Shown: positions 63,186 through 64,000 of the stretch, piece by piece | How the letters are laid out: every line of letters begins with the position of its first letter | Numbering within the stretch: the first letter of the stretch is position 1 | Source: an uncultured Pelagibacteraceae bacterium | GTDB taxonomy: Bacteria; Pseudomonadota; Alphaproteobacteria; Pelagibacterales; Pelagibacteraceae | DNA: 64,000 nucleotides | NCBI GenBank assembly: GCA_902519945.1 | Contig: CABYLY010000002.1 | Coordinates: 45,356 to 109,355 of the forward strand | Direction of reading: 5' to 3' | Notes under the pieces: generated by a model | The model's database searches: none | The model's input: the letters and a program-made list of their open reading frames with translations, nothing else | What the model was told of the DNA's origin: nothing | Made by a program: the position numbers and the translations under genes

Positions 63186-64000
63186 TTATGCTACTCTAAG
63201 TTCAGACTTACTCATATTTTCACCGAATAATGTATTTTGATTGCTTTTGTTAACTTTCACTTTAATTACTTTACCAACATCATGCAAACTACCATTAAAT
63301 ATAACAGAAGTCATGTGTTCTGATCGACCAAAAAACTTATCATCACCATCTATTTTATTTTCAACTAAAACATCTATCTCATTGTTTTCAAGTGACTTAT
63401 TCATAGAAATTTGGTTATCAAATAATTTCGTCTGAATTTTTTTTAGCCTCATTAAAGATATTTTTTCATCAATAAGTTTAAAATTCGAAGCTTTTGTACC
63501 TGGTCTTGGACTAAATATAAATGAGAAAGAATTAATAAATTTAATATTATTTATCAGATCGTAAGTTGCCTCAAAATCTTTTTCATCTTCACCAGGATAA
63601 GCAATAATAAAATCACTTGAAAATTGGATCTTTGGATTGATGGTTTTAAGTTTTTCGTAAATCTTTATATAGTCACTAATCAAATGTTTTCTGTTCATCA
63701 ATTTTAAAATTTTATCAGAGCCACTTTGAACAGGTAAGTGAACTAGTGGCATTAGCTTTTTTGAATTCTTATAAACATCAATTAAATCCTCTGACATATC
63801 TCTTGGGTGTGATGTTGTATATCTAATTCTTTTAATCTCAGGTATTTTTTCTATTTCCAAAATTAAATCGGATAATCTAAATTTTTGATTATTGTAAGCA
63901 TTTACGTTTTGCCCAAGCAAAATTATTTCACGAGCACCATTTTCAGACAATATTTTCGCTTCATGAATTATCTCATTGAAAGGTCTTGAGTATTCGGGCC
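63186..64000 (-). CDS. miaB: tRNA-i6A37 methylthiotransferase MiaB, 5' end outside window
   Basis: LLGQNVNAY, RYTTSHP, HLPVQSGS, SPRPGT, C-terminal TRAM domain; miaB-phoH-ybeY-lnt order. Confidence 0.93.
   Translation of the reverse strand, partial: PEYSRPFNEIIHEAKILSENGAREIILLGQNVNAYNNQKFRLSDLILEIEKIPEIKRIRYTTSHPRDMSEDLIDVYKNSKKLMPLVHLPVQSGSDKILKLMNRKHLISDYIKIYEKLKTINPKIQFSSDFIIAYPGEDEKDFEATYDLINNIKFINSFSFIFSPRPGTKASNFKLIDEKISLMRLKKIQTKLFDNQISMNKSLENNEIDVLVENKIDGDDKFFGRSEHMTSVIFNGSLHDVGKVIKVKVNKSNQNTLFGENMSKSELRVA

Noticed and set aside
1293-63435. Many 60-130 aa ORFs antisense to or nested in core genes (e.g. 2270-2479, 11361-11708, 39832-40116, 54615-55001, 55859-56275)
   Set aside because: They overlap well-supported genes, have no recognisable motifs or SD, and show typical antisense composition
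1-64000. CRISPR array, IS element, prophage, rRNA
   Set aside because: No spaced repeats, transposase, integrase, phage structural gene or rRNA-like sequence was seen

Overview
A very AT-rich (roughly 30% GC by eye), tightly packed core-genome segment of a streamlined marine alphaproteobacterium, most likely Candidatus Pelagibacter (SAR11). The assignment rests on gene order, minimal intergenic spacers and Lys/Asn/Ile-rich proteins. It holds about 60 housekeeping CDS: lepA, pheST, rplT, rpmI, infC, thrS, gltDB, aceEF, carD, argH, lysA, dnaAN, rpsT, mutM, ubiEB, coaBC, dut, katG, irr, fabABI, pnp, rpsO, rbfA, infB, nusA, metK, lnt, ybeY, phoH and miaB. It also has tRNA-Arg(ACG) and tRNA-Leu(CAA). 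I saw no mobile element, prophage or CRISPR. The most interesting signal is absent from the ORF track: a separately transcribed 25-aa protamine/histone-H1-like gene (MPKRRKKAKKAKKKAKKKAKKRRRR) with its own promoter, 5' hairpin, strong RBS and terminator. It converges on a CarD that carries an H1-like AKKK-rich N-terminal extension. Other notable items are a lipoyl domain fused to the homodimeric PDH E1 (AceE), three further small ORFs, and Irr/PerR-type boxes on katG and irr. There is also a rimP-leader-type attenuator ahead of nusA although rimP is absent at this locus, a repeat-rich pnp leader, and several near-leaderless promoters. All calls come from reading the sequence; no searches were run.
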